From Macrostomum lignano (lineage: Eukaryota), in contig NIVC01000675.1 in assembly GCA_002269645.1 (NCBI GenBank), positions 1-51,506 on the forward strand: 51,506 nt of DNA. The letters run 5' to 3'. The notes under the pieces are model-generated. The model did not search any database, was not told where the DNA came from, and saw nothing but the letters and a program-made list of their open reading frames with translations. Position numbers and translations under genes: made by a program. Shown piece after piece: positions 35,174-51,385 of this stretch (position 1 is its first letter; each line of letters starts with the position of its first letter).

Positions 35174-36722
35174 TTAGGACACAAACGCCCGGACAAAGTT
35201 GTCCACCTGCTGTTCGCAGCCGATGGCGGGACACACTCGGACGGACCGGCTGCACAGCAAGCAGAGACTCAGGTGACCGCAGGGGAGACACACGATCTCC
35301 ACATCCCGGATGTTGCAGTTCCGGCAGCGGTTACCAACAGAGCCGCCCTGCTGCTGCAGCTGCTGCTGCTGGGTCAGCGGCTGTCGCTGGGAGCCGGGCG
35401 GAGGTCCGGGAACCGAGGCCATGGAGTCGCGGAACTGTCTGAGCACGGCTGCGAGGTCGAACTTGCCGATGAAGTGCTCGGGCTCGCCCGCCATCTCGCG
35501 GTCCCACTCCTTGTGCATCTCTTGCAGCAGCTCTTGTCTGGTGAACTTCTGCCTGAACCGGATGAACTTTCTGGCGATGCAGAGCAGCACTTTGGTGTCG
35601 CAGAATCCCAGCTTGCACACAATGTCCACCGGCTCGCTGAGCAGCTCGTCCGACAGAATCCGCAGCAGCTGGTTGTGGTCCTGTCGGGTGTAGGACGTCG
35701 GGTAGTTAGGAGGTCGGGGACTCGACCTGCGCAGCCATTCCAGACCGCGCGAGCTCTTGAGGAAGAAGCAGAGCGGGCTGAACTTGGCGTGCTCCATCTC
35801 GGGGACGTCGCCAGCGTCCCAGTCTTTGAGGCCGAGGTCGCAGAAGAAGCATTTCACGTGATCGTCCTCCTGCGGTTAAATACATGCTGTAACGATGAAT
35901 GCATGCTGTAAATCAACTTCTTCGTCAAAACCCCGTGATCTAAAGAGACATTCGGTCTTTATTCAATAACTCGTACTAATAAAGGTGATAGCTTAAACTA
36001 GATAGTGCCAAAGGAGAAATCCACCAGCTTCTAAGTAATACTAAAAAGACATTACTGAAATGATTCTATGCAATAGCCATGTCTCTTAGCTTTGCGGGTG
36101 GCTGTCTCACTGATCTTTAGGTCTTTGTGCTGTTCTGCCAATCGATGATTGTCTGCAGAATGCAGCTTCCGTGTTGGCCTTACAAAACACTTCCTATGGT
36201 TACTACCACATATCAGTTGCACTTTGACAAGACAGCAGAACAAACGATACACCGTTAGATCCTGCTCAGTAGTGAAGCCTAGTGGGTCTGAGTCTGATTG
36301 TGAATACGCTCGTACTTTGTAAACTGCAGAGTCGACTGCTTAAGCCCTCCATATAATAGATCATAGACCTCAGACCAGGCGCTGAAGATAATCTATTTAG
36401 CTCCTAAACGTTTGCTTCTTAACTATCACCTTTAGCTCACCTGAAGGTAGAAGAAGCCGCTCTCGACCATGTCCTCAACCGTCTGCGTCCTGCCCATGTG
36501 CGCCCAGACGCCCTGCTCGAACGACAGTCGGCGCGACTCGCGGCTGACTTTCAACGGGTTGGAGGCGCTGGACATGAGGTACACGGCCGCCGTCAGCGCC
36601 TCGTAGATGTCCATCACCGAGTCGGAGCGGGCGAGCGGGGACAGGCGGCTGGACAGGGTGGTGGACACGGCATCGAGGGCTAAACAGAGCGACTGTTGGT
36701 GAGCAGCCTGGATGACTGCCAT
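35174..36722 (-). CDS. IAP (BIR-UBA-RING) copy 3, 325 aa, canonical C-terminus; exons 36722-36441 and 35869-35174
   Basis: Same structure as copies 1 and 2, ending QQVDNFVRAFVS*, which resembles the cIAP/XIAP RING termini. Confidence 0.92.
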
Positions 36723-37978
36723 CGTGTTTTTGAAAACGTTTTTGGAGTAGAAGAATATAATTCAAGTATATGATTTGTTGTGAATCAATAACACTGCAGA
36801 AAGCGGCACAAAATAGGAGAGAAAAACTGCACGGCGGACTAGTACCCACTATTTGCGGATAAATCTGCCAAAGGAGCAGCTTCCTCATTGTTGATATCAG
36901 TGTTATATGATACGCAATATGAGTGCTTTCGCTTTGCTTTCGATTCGATTTGAAGCAACAATTTAAGGCGACAGAGCAAAACCGATAGTTTGGATAAACG
37001 ACGTCACTTCTAAGGGACCTCAGCTGGAGAGTTTCAGGGATTTTAGAAACTTTAGCCGCTATGCAGGAATATTCTGTTAGGATCATCAGGGATGCCATTT
37101 GAGCTGCGGTTTGAGGGATGGCTGGCAATTTTAATGAAGGAATCTTTAGCGAACGGTAGGCGGCACTTTGATAACTGGCAGAAGGCTTCATTACTCTCTT
37201 GCACTGACAGACAGGCCACGGACACATGACAATTGTGAAAATGAAAAAATGTTAGACAAATTTGCCCACAAAATAGTGGCACTAGTCCGCCGCGCAGTTG
37301 GCGCTTTAGCAGCACATGCTGACAGTAGGGAAGAAGACAAAGAAAACTGAAGCTCTGACAGGAATGATGATACAAGGCATAGAATGAATGCGTTGAGCCT
37401 GTGGTGATTCGCTGCTTCTTTTCTGACCAATTTACGCTTGACAAAAATTAGTTCCAAAGCCTCCAGTGAGAACAGCTGCGGCAACAGCAGTGCTGAAATT
37501 GCATTGAGGAGGGGTGCAATAAATCATTCAGTTGCTATGCATTCCGAAATCAACGCCATTTTGCAGTGCCAAAAATTCACAAACACCTACGAGTATGATG
37601 TCTAAAGCTTACAGGAGAGCTGTCTACATCAGTTACAATGGGACCTAATGGGATCTTCAACAACAGGAGTGCTTGGAGATGTTGGTTCTATAATATATCG
37701 GGTCTGTGAAGCTGGCCTTGAAGTCCTTTGAAGTTCACCTTCATTCTACGAATCTACGTACTATTTATTTGACTGTTGGACTTTCCTACACCAAACTAAC
37801 AGCTGGCGACTTGGCTACGATCTGAGACACTGCAAACTGATAATAATAACAAGCAAAATAAATAAAGACAATTTAAATAACGATTTTATAGACAATCACC
37901 GAGGAAATAAATTTAGCTAGTCGGATTTCTCATTAATCAAGGACAAATAATGGCAAAGACAAATTAAATAAAAATCAG

Positions 37979-40900
37979 TCAAGAGCCGTCAGTCGCAGAC
38001 TGCACCATCAGTTTGAGCTGCTTCTTGTTAACTTTGCCCATGGCATTTCTGGGCAGGCTGTCCAAAATCTGGAAGCGCAGAGGCAATGCAAACTGGATAA
38101 AAAGTGGCGCAGGATGATAACTAAATTATGAAATTATAGGCATAACATTTCTAAGTGTGTGCGTGCTGGGGGGTCATGGAGTGGGAATGACTGCTTGCCT
38201 TCTGGATGACTGCGGGTCTATTTATCACTTCGATTTTCAGCAGATTCAGCTATAGCCTGGACCTGTACCTGACTATTAAGAAATAATTCACCGAAAATGC
38301 CAATAATAGCCTCTCTAATAGCTGCTAGTCAGAACCAACCAACCGACCAACCAACCAAAAATCTGTGGGGGTAAAACGCTCTTACCCGCAGCTCCCTGGG
38401 CCACTTGTACTTGGCTAAGCGCTGCGCCGCCCACGTCTGCAGGCCGGCCAGATCCGCCTGCGGCTGCCCAGGCGCCGGCACAACCACCAGCACCAGCCGC
38501 TCCCCCCAGGTGTCATCCGGGACGGCCACCACCGCGCATTCGATCAATGCCGGATGGCCAAAGAACGCGGCCTCGACCTCCAGGGCGCTGATTTTGTAAC
38601 CGCCAGATTTGATTATGTCCACCGAGGTCCGGCCGAGTATGCGGAAGCTGCCGCCGAGGTCACAGGCGGCCGAGTCGCCGGTGCGAAACCAGCCGTCCTC
38701 GGTGAACTCCTTAGCTGTGTCCTCCGGCCGGCCGAAGTATTCTTTGAACACGAGGGTACCGCTGACCTCCAGGATGCCCGACACTTCGGAACTGCTGTCT
38801 GGAGGCAAGGTGCATATTATAAGGTTTGACGTCGCAACAGACGTTAGTCCAATACTTCTAAATTCTTAAAGGGATTGTCCGTCAAACAAATTACAGTAGA
38901 TAACTTGCCAAGTAAAAAGCTTGAGTGCACACAAAGGGAACAGTGGGGATGAGATGTCTCACTATTTTCATTCCACTGGTCCCAACAGTCACCGGATAAG
39001 CTGTAAATATTTCTGAGACTACTTGGAACTTTCACCTCCGGCAGCTTCATCACAATCGACCAGCCTCTGAACTGGTTCGCCGTGGCCGGCGGTCAGCAGC
39101 AACCGGCCACTGTCCGGGTCTCGCAGACGCACCCGGACATCCGGGAACGGTTGGCCAACCCGGCCGGGTAGTCGCGGCCCATCAAGCGGGTTGCCCAGCG
39201 CCATGCCGATCTCCGTCATGCCGTAGCGCTCCAGCAGCCAGTGGCCGGTGGCCTCGTGCCAGCGCCGCATCACCGACTCCGACAGGGAGGCGGACCCGCT
39301 CACCATCAGCCTGCGCGGAGTTGTTGCGAGTTTTTCGACCGTTTTAGGTATGTTTGATCTGGATGTCTGGGTGTTGTATGTGCAAGAGGGTTGTGGGAAT
39401 CCTGGCACAACGCCTTCGGTGACGTCATCCCGCAACAAACGATGACTCAATTTTGACCACTCCTGAGCACATAGGAGCGCATTGGATGCTGTTCGCAAGC
39501 ACGAACCCATACAAGCAGGTCCACACGCTGAAACAGGGTGTAAAACGACCCCGAGTTTCTAATCGTCAGGCATCTAAGTACACTCTCTGTAACTTGGGGG
39601 CTAGTCATAAGTGTGAGAACCGCACGACAACCCCCGAGCTAATTTTCGTGCACAAGCTCCAAATTAATTGTGGCCACGCACGGAGTCAAACCAGGAGTCG
39701 TGGCGCAAGAGTCAGACACGTTTACCGCTGAGCTGCTGCCTTTTTTGCCCCCACCCAAAAAAATCTGACCGATTCGGATGAACTCGGGCGAAAACCAGAC
39801 GAAATAAACGGGCACCCTTAATTAAACCCATTAAAAAGCTCTCAGCACACCACAGCCATCAGAAAGCTAAAAGTGCACAGTAGTAGCCATAGCGCCTGGA
39901 ACAATGTTTTGGACAGTAATATCTTGTATTTCTTGCAATTCCGTCCAATTTCTGATTTCTTTATAAGTGAACTAAGGGGAGCACGAGAATTTCTCGGAGG
40001 AAGTTTTTCCGCCTAGGTTTGCCTGCGCGAAATTTTCCCGACTCGAGATTTTCCCGCAGGGTTTTTACATTTGGAATTTAAAGTCAACTCCAGTCTATAG
40101 ACAGTGCTGGGCTAGATTAGAACTGGCCTAGACTAGACTAGACTAGGCTAGGCTAGGCTAGACTAGACATAAACTAGACTAGATTAAAAAATAAACTAGA
40201 TTAGAACCAGACTAGATTTCAAATCCGATTGGATTTGACTTGAAATTCCGACTGTAAAAACCGTGCGGGAAAACCTCGCTGTGGGAAAACCTCGCTGCGG
40301 GAAAAACCTCGCTGCGGGAAAAAATCGCGCAGGCAAACCCCGGCGGTAAAATTTCCTGCGGGAAATTCTCATAGACCCGAACTAAGCTGAAATCTGAACG
40401 GATGGATAGCGGTACTGACTATGGACTATGGACAAATGTGGGGCCACAGGCTCTGCTTCTGTCTCATAAGATGGTGTTGTGCTATGCTGTGTCTCTCTCT
40501 CTTTCTCCTTTTGTTTCAGTTGAGCCGGTAGGTCAGGCCGGGTTCGGGGTTTAAGCTTCACCATGGCTATATGTACGCTCTGCCCACGCCAGTTTCTCTG
40601 CCCTTTACCTCTCCCGCCTGGCGGCTCCTCATTGGCTGGCCGGCGGGTTGGGGTGTCGTGGCTGCCCTCTGACTGCCGGTCCCATGTCCTTCACCCTCTT
40701 TCCCCTCTGCCCTCTACTATTTAAAGCGCACCGTTCAACGAGTCGGGATTTCCATCTGGTTTTGTCTCGCATAGAGGCGCCTAACCGCAGTACCCCTGTG
40801 AAACTTGTCTCTGCCTGGCCGAAAGCTTGTAATGAGTTAGTAGGCTGGGTTGGAGGGTAATAGTGGATCAGGAAGGGCTGTGGGTAGCTGTATAGGAAGG

Positions 40901-43900
40901 CAGGCCTATACCTGTTCCAGTTGGTGCTCTGACGGTCCCCCCTCGGAGTGCCCTCTGAGCGAACAGCCAGCGACCCTATTAAAGCTGGAGTGTGCCAGAA
41001 CCAGGACTGAGTCTGAACAGGACGAGACCGTTGGCACGGTCACTATAGAAATGGTGGGTTGGCGAAGCAAAGGGTGAAACAGTCCCGGCGATTAGCCCTC
41101 CTGCCGCTTCAAAGATAAGAGACTGTCTTGGCAAGAGTACCCGGGGGTGGTGGGCGGTCGGCCCCAGCTGGTAGCCACGGCTCTCGGTCTTCGGACCAAC
41201 CCTAATAGGCTAAGGGGCCAACTAACCGGATTTTTTGTGCACGGGCTTCCTGACTGGTATGTCGAACCCTCGCTGTCTTCGGGGAGGTTTAGATAAGCCA
41301 ATTTGGTTTGGGGTAGGCGTACGCTCTGAGGGTCGGGGGTAGGGCCCGCTCTCGGCCTGACTGGCGCCGCTTGCCCGGCTCGATGTACAGTCCTCTTAGT
41401 TCTAATTAGGATTTAAGTGTACATTAGTACACTCCCAACCTGGAAGCTTTTTTTCACTAGTGGCGTAAGAGCCTAATTCATTGGCTGAGGCGCCGGAAGC
41501 ACTTATCTTAGTTAGTTAGTTAGTTAGAGTCGGGATTTCCATCTCGCTACTTGGGCGTCTCCCAGCTAGGCGGTCCCCTACCCCAGCTGGCTGCGCAGCT
41601 CCCTTGGGCTGATCCGTGGGATACATACAATGTAATCCACTTTGCCTGTGCGCCTCGTCTATTCCCCCAGTGTTAAATGAGCGGAGATAATCAGTAGCGT
41701 AACTCCGCTACCATAGACCATAGACATCCGTGCCATACATGGCTAGCGGAGATAACTCATTGTTTAGCAATTTGACGATCATTATTCACATTTTTAATGC
41801 AGAGCAATCCATTACTACAAACAATGCATTGTCTGTAGGATCGTCAAACAGAAAAACAATGCAAAGAATCAGCGGTCCCAGCGCGTGACAACGATTGTCT
41901 GGCGAGCGCCGGTAGGCGGTCCCAGTGCGTGACAACGATAGACAATCGTTGTCACGCACTGGGACCGCTGATTATTTATCCATTATCTCCGGCGGAGATA
42001 AGGCGTTATATTCGGGTCGCACATGCCGTGGATTACATACAAAGAATCGCCTGATACTAGGAGATGAGCCATAGACAGAATCTCCTCGTATCAGGCGATT
42101 CTTGTTTATAGAAAGGAAGAACGCAACTAAGTATCTGTAATAAAGTTTAGTTTAGCTGTAAATTATATGAATTATGCATTACAGGTCTATCAAATCTTCT
42201 TCTCCATCAAAAAATTCATTAAGGCGGTAAATGCGCCTGACTGCAGCGTCAAATTATCTGGATGTAGATTTCATTACATGGACGGCCACATTACTTTGGG
42301 TTTACCTCAAAAAACGTCATTTAAATTTTGGCCACACTCATCGTTCAGATAGTCGAATATTGATTTGCTAAATTTAATAATGCACAACTAGTAGCCAGAA
42401 GTCCAAGAACAAGTGCACTCTAATAGCATAGGAGTATAGAATTCAACGCACACCAACCAGACAGGATAGTACCTCATAGCTCGTAGTTCAGTCTATAGTC
42501 ACAAAACAGAAAACCCGTGGCAATTCCATGATTACGTTGCGGCCTAATTTTAAACCCACAAAATCAGCCCATATTCGAAAATTTTGCACCTAAAAGTGCA
42601 AGAAGTTAATGTAAATCAAGTTTCGTCCAGAAAACTTAGTCTGATAAGTAGAGTAGACAGCATCAACAGAAACTGTGTGCAATGACACGAAATTTGGGCT
42701 TTGTAATTAAATTTTTTACCGCAAAGCTTCTACAACTGTAAGCTTATTGCTGGTAGCCAAGGTTGCTGCAGTGTCTTATATTACTGAGGATTGAGCATAG
42801 CCGTAAAAATGGGAGGGACAAATTTTTCTGAACATTTAGTTATTCTCAATATAGCTATATAGCGACATTGGAAATCATGTCATATTTTCCTTTTGTAATG
42901 ATCGGCAGATTAGCAGAACTATTCATAAGGTAGTACCTTGTAAAGAAAGGCAACTCCACGGAAATTCCATGGCTATTTTCAAAACTAAAACACATTCTAT
43001 AAGACCTCATATTACTTTCATATAAAAGTTTTGATTTAATTTTGTTTATGAGAAACATCAGAAATGAGAATTCTTGAACCATAAACGCACTTTTCACCTG
43101 AGCTAATCTTAGACATGATAAAGAAGGCAATTCCACGGAAATTCGTAGCTATTCACACACTGTGAATAATAACTGTGACTTAAAACTACTATGCTACACA
43201 CCAGAAATGCAGAATGCTTAAACCGTACACGCACCCTGAGCCCTCGTCTCAGACACTACTAACTTCACCTCCACCTCAGCCTCACACAGCGATCTCACAT
43301 GCAGCTCACCGAACTCCGGTCTCGCAGGCTCGCCTCACGGCTGCCCGCTGCGAGTCCGGTCGCTTCTCCAGGTGGTCCAGCAGCCTGCCGTACATGGTGG
43401 GCACCGCCATGAACACTGAGACCCGGGGCCAGGCGCCAGCGCCAGTCAGCTGCTGCCACACCTGCTCAGGCTGGAAGCTGCGGTTGATGAGCACACTGCC
43501 TCCGGCCTGCAGCGGTGCCAGCAGGCAGTTCTCCAGCCCGTGCACGTGGTGCAGCGGCAGGCAGTTCAGCGTCAGGTCTGAAGGGCCCAGCCGCCAGGCC
43601 GAGGCCACCGCCCGGCACCGGGCTCGCGCGTTGCCATGGGTTACCACGACTCCTTTGGGGCGGCCTGTTGTGCCGCTGGTGTAAACGATGTAGCTGCATT
43701 GGGGTGGGGCAGTCAGCTGCAAATATTTACTTTATGCGTAATAGATATAAATAATTGAGAATTCCACATCCGTCATACAGTGTACAAGGAGTAAAAAATC
43801 CCGGTTGTACCATAAGCAACCAGAAGACAATAACTGGTAGCAGATGACTCACTCTAGTCTTGACGTAAAAGTCAACAATCACCAAATCAACTATCTGAAT

Positions 43901-45169
43901 AACATACAAGTACATATTGTGTATCGATTTATGCTTTGGGCCACAGACCAGTGGTCTGGTGCGGCGCTCTGAGTTCCAGCGGCCCAGGCTCGATTCCAAG
44001 TGCAGTCACATTAATTTGGGGCTAAATTTGAATTTCGGCTTGGCTCTGCTCGTACAATTAACGTCCTTGAGGGCCAACCCCAAGGCAAAGTGAAGTGTAC
44101 ATGCCTAACGATAAATAAAGTTAGGGCCACTGTACACTCCTGTGTGAGTGTGTGCCTGCGTACGTATCCGCGCGCTTGTATGCCTGCTCAGGGGAGTCGG
44201 CGGAGTGGGCAGTAATGCCCCTCGCCGGTTGTGTGAAAATGTTGCTTAAAGTGCGCCTCTGCGTTTAGTACAAAACCCCGGTTATGCATTAGAGTGGTCA
44301 CAGATTTCTACCGACTCTTAAGCAACAGGCTTCTTCTAAGCAGGTACATATGCTCGTAATAACGTCTACATTTTCAGTACTTGACACCGCGTCACCATGT
44401 TCTCTCACCGCGCAGGACAGTACAACGGCTATTTACATAGTAGGATTTATTACATGTACATGTGTCTATAAATAAACTCTAAATCTTATTGCTACACATG
44501 TACATCGAAAAATTTCGTTACTTCAAGGAATTCTCATTTTTGATTGGTCAGCTCCAATTAAGGAGAACCAAAGTTCTTCCACTACCTTCTCTACCATACT
44601 TAAGTACACATGCCATGCCAGCTTCTCCAAAATCGCTGCTCACGCGGGCTCGGATTCCGGCTTCCAAGCCGGAAGCGGCCGCCCGTCTCCAGAGGCCGAC
44701 GGCAGCAGCGGCAGGTCGCCGAATCGGCACAGCGGCAGGCTGGCGGCGTCTGCGAGCTCCCCGGCTTTGCGCAGGACGTCGCCGCTCGAGTCGCCGTCGG
44801 TCAGCACAGCCCGGGCGCCGGAGTCCCGCACGGCGTGCAGCAGCTCTGGCAGCGAGTGCGCGGGGCTCAGCGGCACCGCCAGGCACGGAGGTCTGTCCTT
44901 AAAGGCCCAGCAGGCGGCCAGCGACCGCACGAAGCTCGCCGACGGCTCCGTCAGGATGGCCAGCGGCTGCGGCGACTTCGCCGACCGGCCTACTGGCGAC
45001 AGCAGCGGCGAAACGTCGGGGAGCGGCTGCTCCGACAGGCGGCAGACCGCGGTTGGTGCCTCCAGAATGCGGCCGCCGACGCCACCGCCGCTACTGCTGA
45101 GGCGACGGATGATGAGGCTGAGAAGCTGCGGACGTCGAAGATAAGTTTTGGCGCTTTTGATGACAGCAT
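37979..45169 (-). CDS. ACSF3: ACSF3-like mitochondrial malonate-CoA ligase, most complete copy; exons ~45169-44644, 43716-43310, 39310-39036, 38798-38386 and 38068-37979
   Basis: [51 protein letters not shown] and [12 protein letters not shown] motifs. Phases of introns 2-4 match. The start codon and the intron-1 phase are uncertain. Confidence 0.85.
39977..40378. mobile_element. ~400-bp MITE with long imperfect TIRs in ACSF3 intron 2
   Basis: GGG..GAGAATTT..GGTTTGCCTGCGCGA is mirrored at both ends. GAACTAAG flanks both sides (39969-39976 and 40379-40386). Contains internal (CTAGA/G)n and 17-bp GGGAAAACCTCGCTGC repeats. Confidence 0.7.
40400..41600 (+). other. Unclassified GC-rich insertion with promoter motifs and an 18-bp direct repeat
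   Basis: ATTGG boxes (~40631, ~41481), TATTTAAA at 40718-40725, GAGTCGGGATTTCCATCT at 40740-40757 and 41527-41544, and (TTAG)n before the second copy. Boundaries are approximate. Confidence 0.4.
41867..41973. repeat. Triple-arm inverted repeat (foldback)
   Basis: 41916-41939 pairs perfectly with 41945-41968. 41867-41900 pairs with 41940-41973 at 33/34 nt. Confidence 0.9.
42042..42103. repeat. 24-bp inverted repeat hairpin
   Basis: 42042-42065 pairs with 42080-42103 at 23/24 nt around a 14-nt loop. Confidence 0.88.
43938..44130 (+). mobile_element. tRNA-derived SINE-like element
   Basis: A-box-like TGGTCTGGTGCGG and B-box-like GGCTCGATTCC. Core GTGCAGTCACATTAATTTGGGGCTA (44000-44024) recurs at 51297-51321. 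Confidence 0.55.
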
Positions 45170-46400
45170 TTTACAGCTACATGTACATTGGGAGTTCAAG
45201 ACGAAGTACTTTGAGAAGTTAGGCAGGAGAAAAAAAGACACTGCGGGCGAAGTTGATTCCATTTATGTTGGTTAGTATGGGAGGGCAATCCGCGGCAATT
45301 CCTAGGATATACCGGGAGGAAAATACAAAAAGCTAAGCCTAACACACTACTATATGCATTAGAAGTAGTCAGATCAGTGTGGCAGCGAACAACTTTTCTC
45401 AGCTGTTTCTAACTGTGGCTTGCCTACAAATAATGGAATTCGCATTTACAAGCTTAAGCTAATATATAAATCACATTTCGACTCAATTAACCTTTTTATA
45501 CACGAATAAATGCTCAATTGTTTTCGACGGATTATAGTAGTAACGAGTTCGAGTAAACATGAGTAATCATCACATGGAAATAACAAAAAACAAGCTCTCG
45601 CCAACGCGTAAAAATATTTATTGCTCAAGAGGACGCATTTACTTTGATAAAATTAAGTATTCTTTTTTGGTAAATGGTGTCATTTGTTTCCTATAAAGAG
45701 ACGCACAGATAAACAAGCTTGACCGGTGTTCTCTGAAGCTCGAGCAGCAGGTTTAAGAATAGCTCAACTTGGCAGCTGTTTAAGACTTGACAATCATAAA
45801 TCAATATAGGGAATTGACCTTCACCTAAGATGCCCAGAGCTTATCCCTACTCAATTAGATTTCTGCTGCTTTGAAAATACCGCTATCCACTGCTGCTAAG
45901 ACTTGGTTTAAAAATTTCCTAAATGATTACAAAACAAGAAAAGAGATACTAAATAGATATCTATATGAGATAATGTATTATTTCAAAAAGTCGATTAAAT
46001 GTAGTTGTGTCCAATTTTAAAAATGATAGGGCAAATCAGGTGCAAAATATATATTATAAATGTCACATTTTATTAAATAAGTCTAAAAAACAAGAACATG
46101 AAATTTGGGTTTCTGTTTTTGAAAACAAATTGACATGATTTTCTGACTGACTTGGGCAAGTCGGAGTTGATAAAATGTTCGCAAAACAGCATAATAAATG
46201 ATGCTTCAAATCGTAGAGCTAGCTTAAATTGAATAAAGTTTATAAATCTACGTGAAAACAGCAAAACAACTAAGGAATGAAAGTGAAAAAAAGGCTAAAA
46301 AGATATTTGCTAGTTATAATTTGTTTTAATAAAGAGAAAATCTAGGCACACAGAGTCGCTCTAGTGGGGAAACTGTAAAGCTCTGATGCAGCTCGGGCTG

Positions 46401-50630
<4,230 letters not shown>

Positions 50631-51229
50631 GTTGCTGGGTGCGGCTGAAGGGTGTTTAAAAAATATGACAATAAAAGTTATAAACAATAGCTGTTGCTAA
50701 TAACTGCAGTTTAACTACAACAAAGTTTTTTCTTTAAAAGTGCATTGATTTTTTCATGGATAGAGATAACTAGCTTGGAGATGGTGTGCATGCTTCGTAA
50801 AACAGTCTCACTACTTTCAGTTTAGTAGCAAGGGGGAATACATAAGCTTAGAACTGAGTTTGTAGAAATAAATAACTTGCTACTAAAATGTATGGTAGCT
50901 TGAGCTAGAGCATATAGTGAGAGCAATAAATAAGAACTAGGTGGTGACATAAGAGTAAGGATTTTAATCTAAGTAGCCTATCTATTTATTCTAATATTAT
51001 TATTAATGAAGATTTTTATATTAAAAATTTCTGCAATTTTTTGCTCCAGAGCTAGTAATGACAACAAAAATTTAATATTGCGGTGAGAATATACAATATT
51101 TTAATGTCAAACATTTTTAAATGTTATTATAAGTAAAATTGCACTAAAATTTTATAAAAAGTATTCTATCCTTCCAAAAAGTCAGAGAAATCCAAAAACT
51201 CCAATGCAAAAATAGTTAATTGCTATTAA

Positions 51230-51385
51230 GGTGGCTGTAGCCTAGTGTCTAATGTGGTAATCTTATATGATAATGGCCCTAGGCTCAATTGTAAGTGTGC
51301 AGTCACATTAATTTGGGGCTAGATTAGAATCTTTGCTTGGGTCTACTTGTGCAATTAAAACCCCTGAAAGCCAAACCCTAGGGTA
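51230..51385 (+). mobile_element. Diverged copy of the SINE at 43938
   Basis: Shares the 25-bp core and the flanking similarity. Confidence 0.5.

Noticed and set aside
43938-44000. Functional tRNA gene
   Set aside because: Degenerate boxes, no complete cloverleaf or acceptor stem; treated as a SINE head.
37979-45169. Bacterial MatB or horizontal-transfer origin of the acyl-CoA ligase
   Set aside because: Spliceosomal introns, a presequence-like N-terminus and ACSF3-type motifs indicate the ordinary animal gene.
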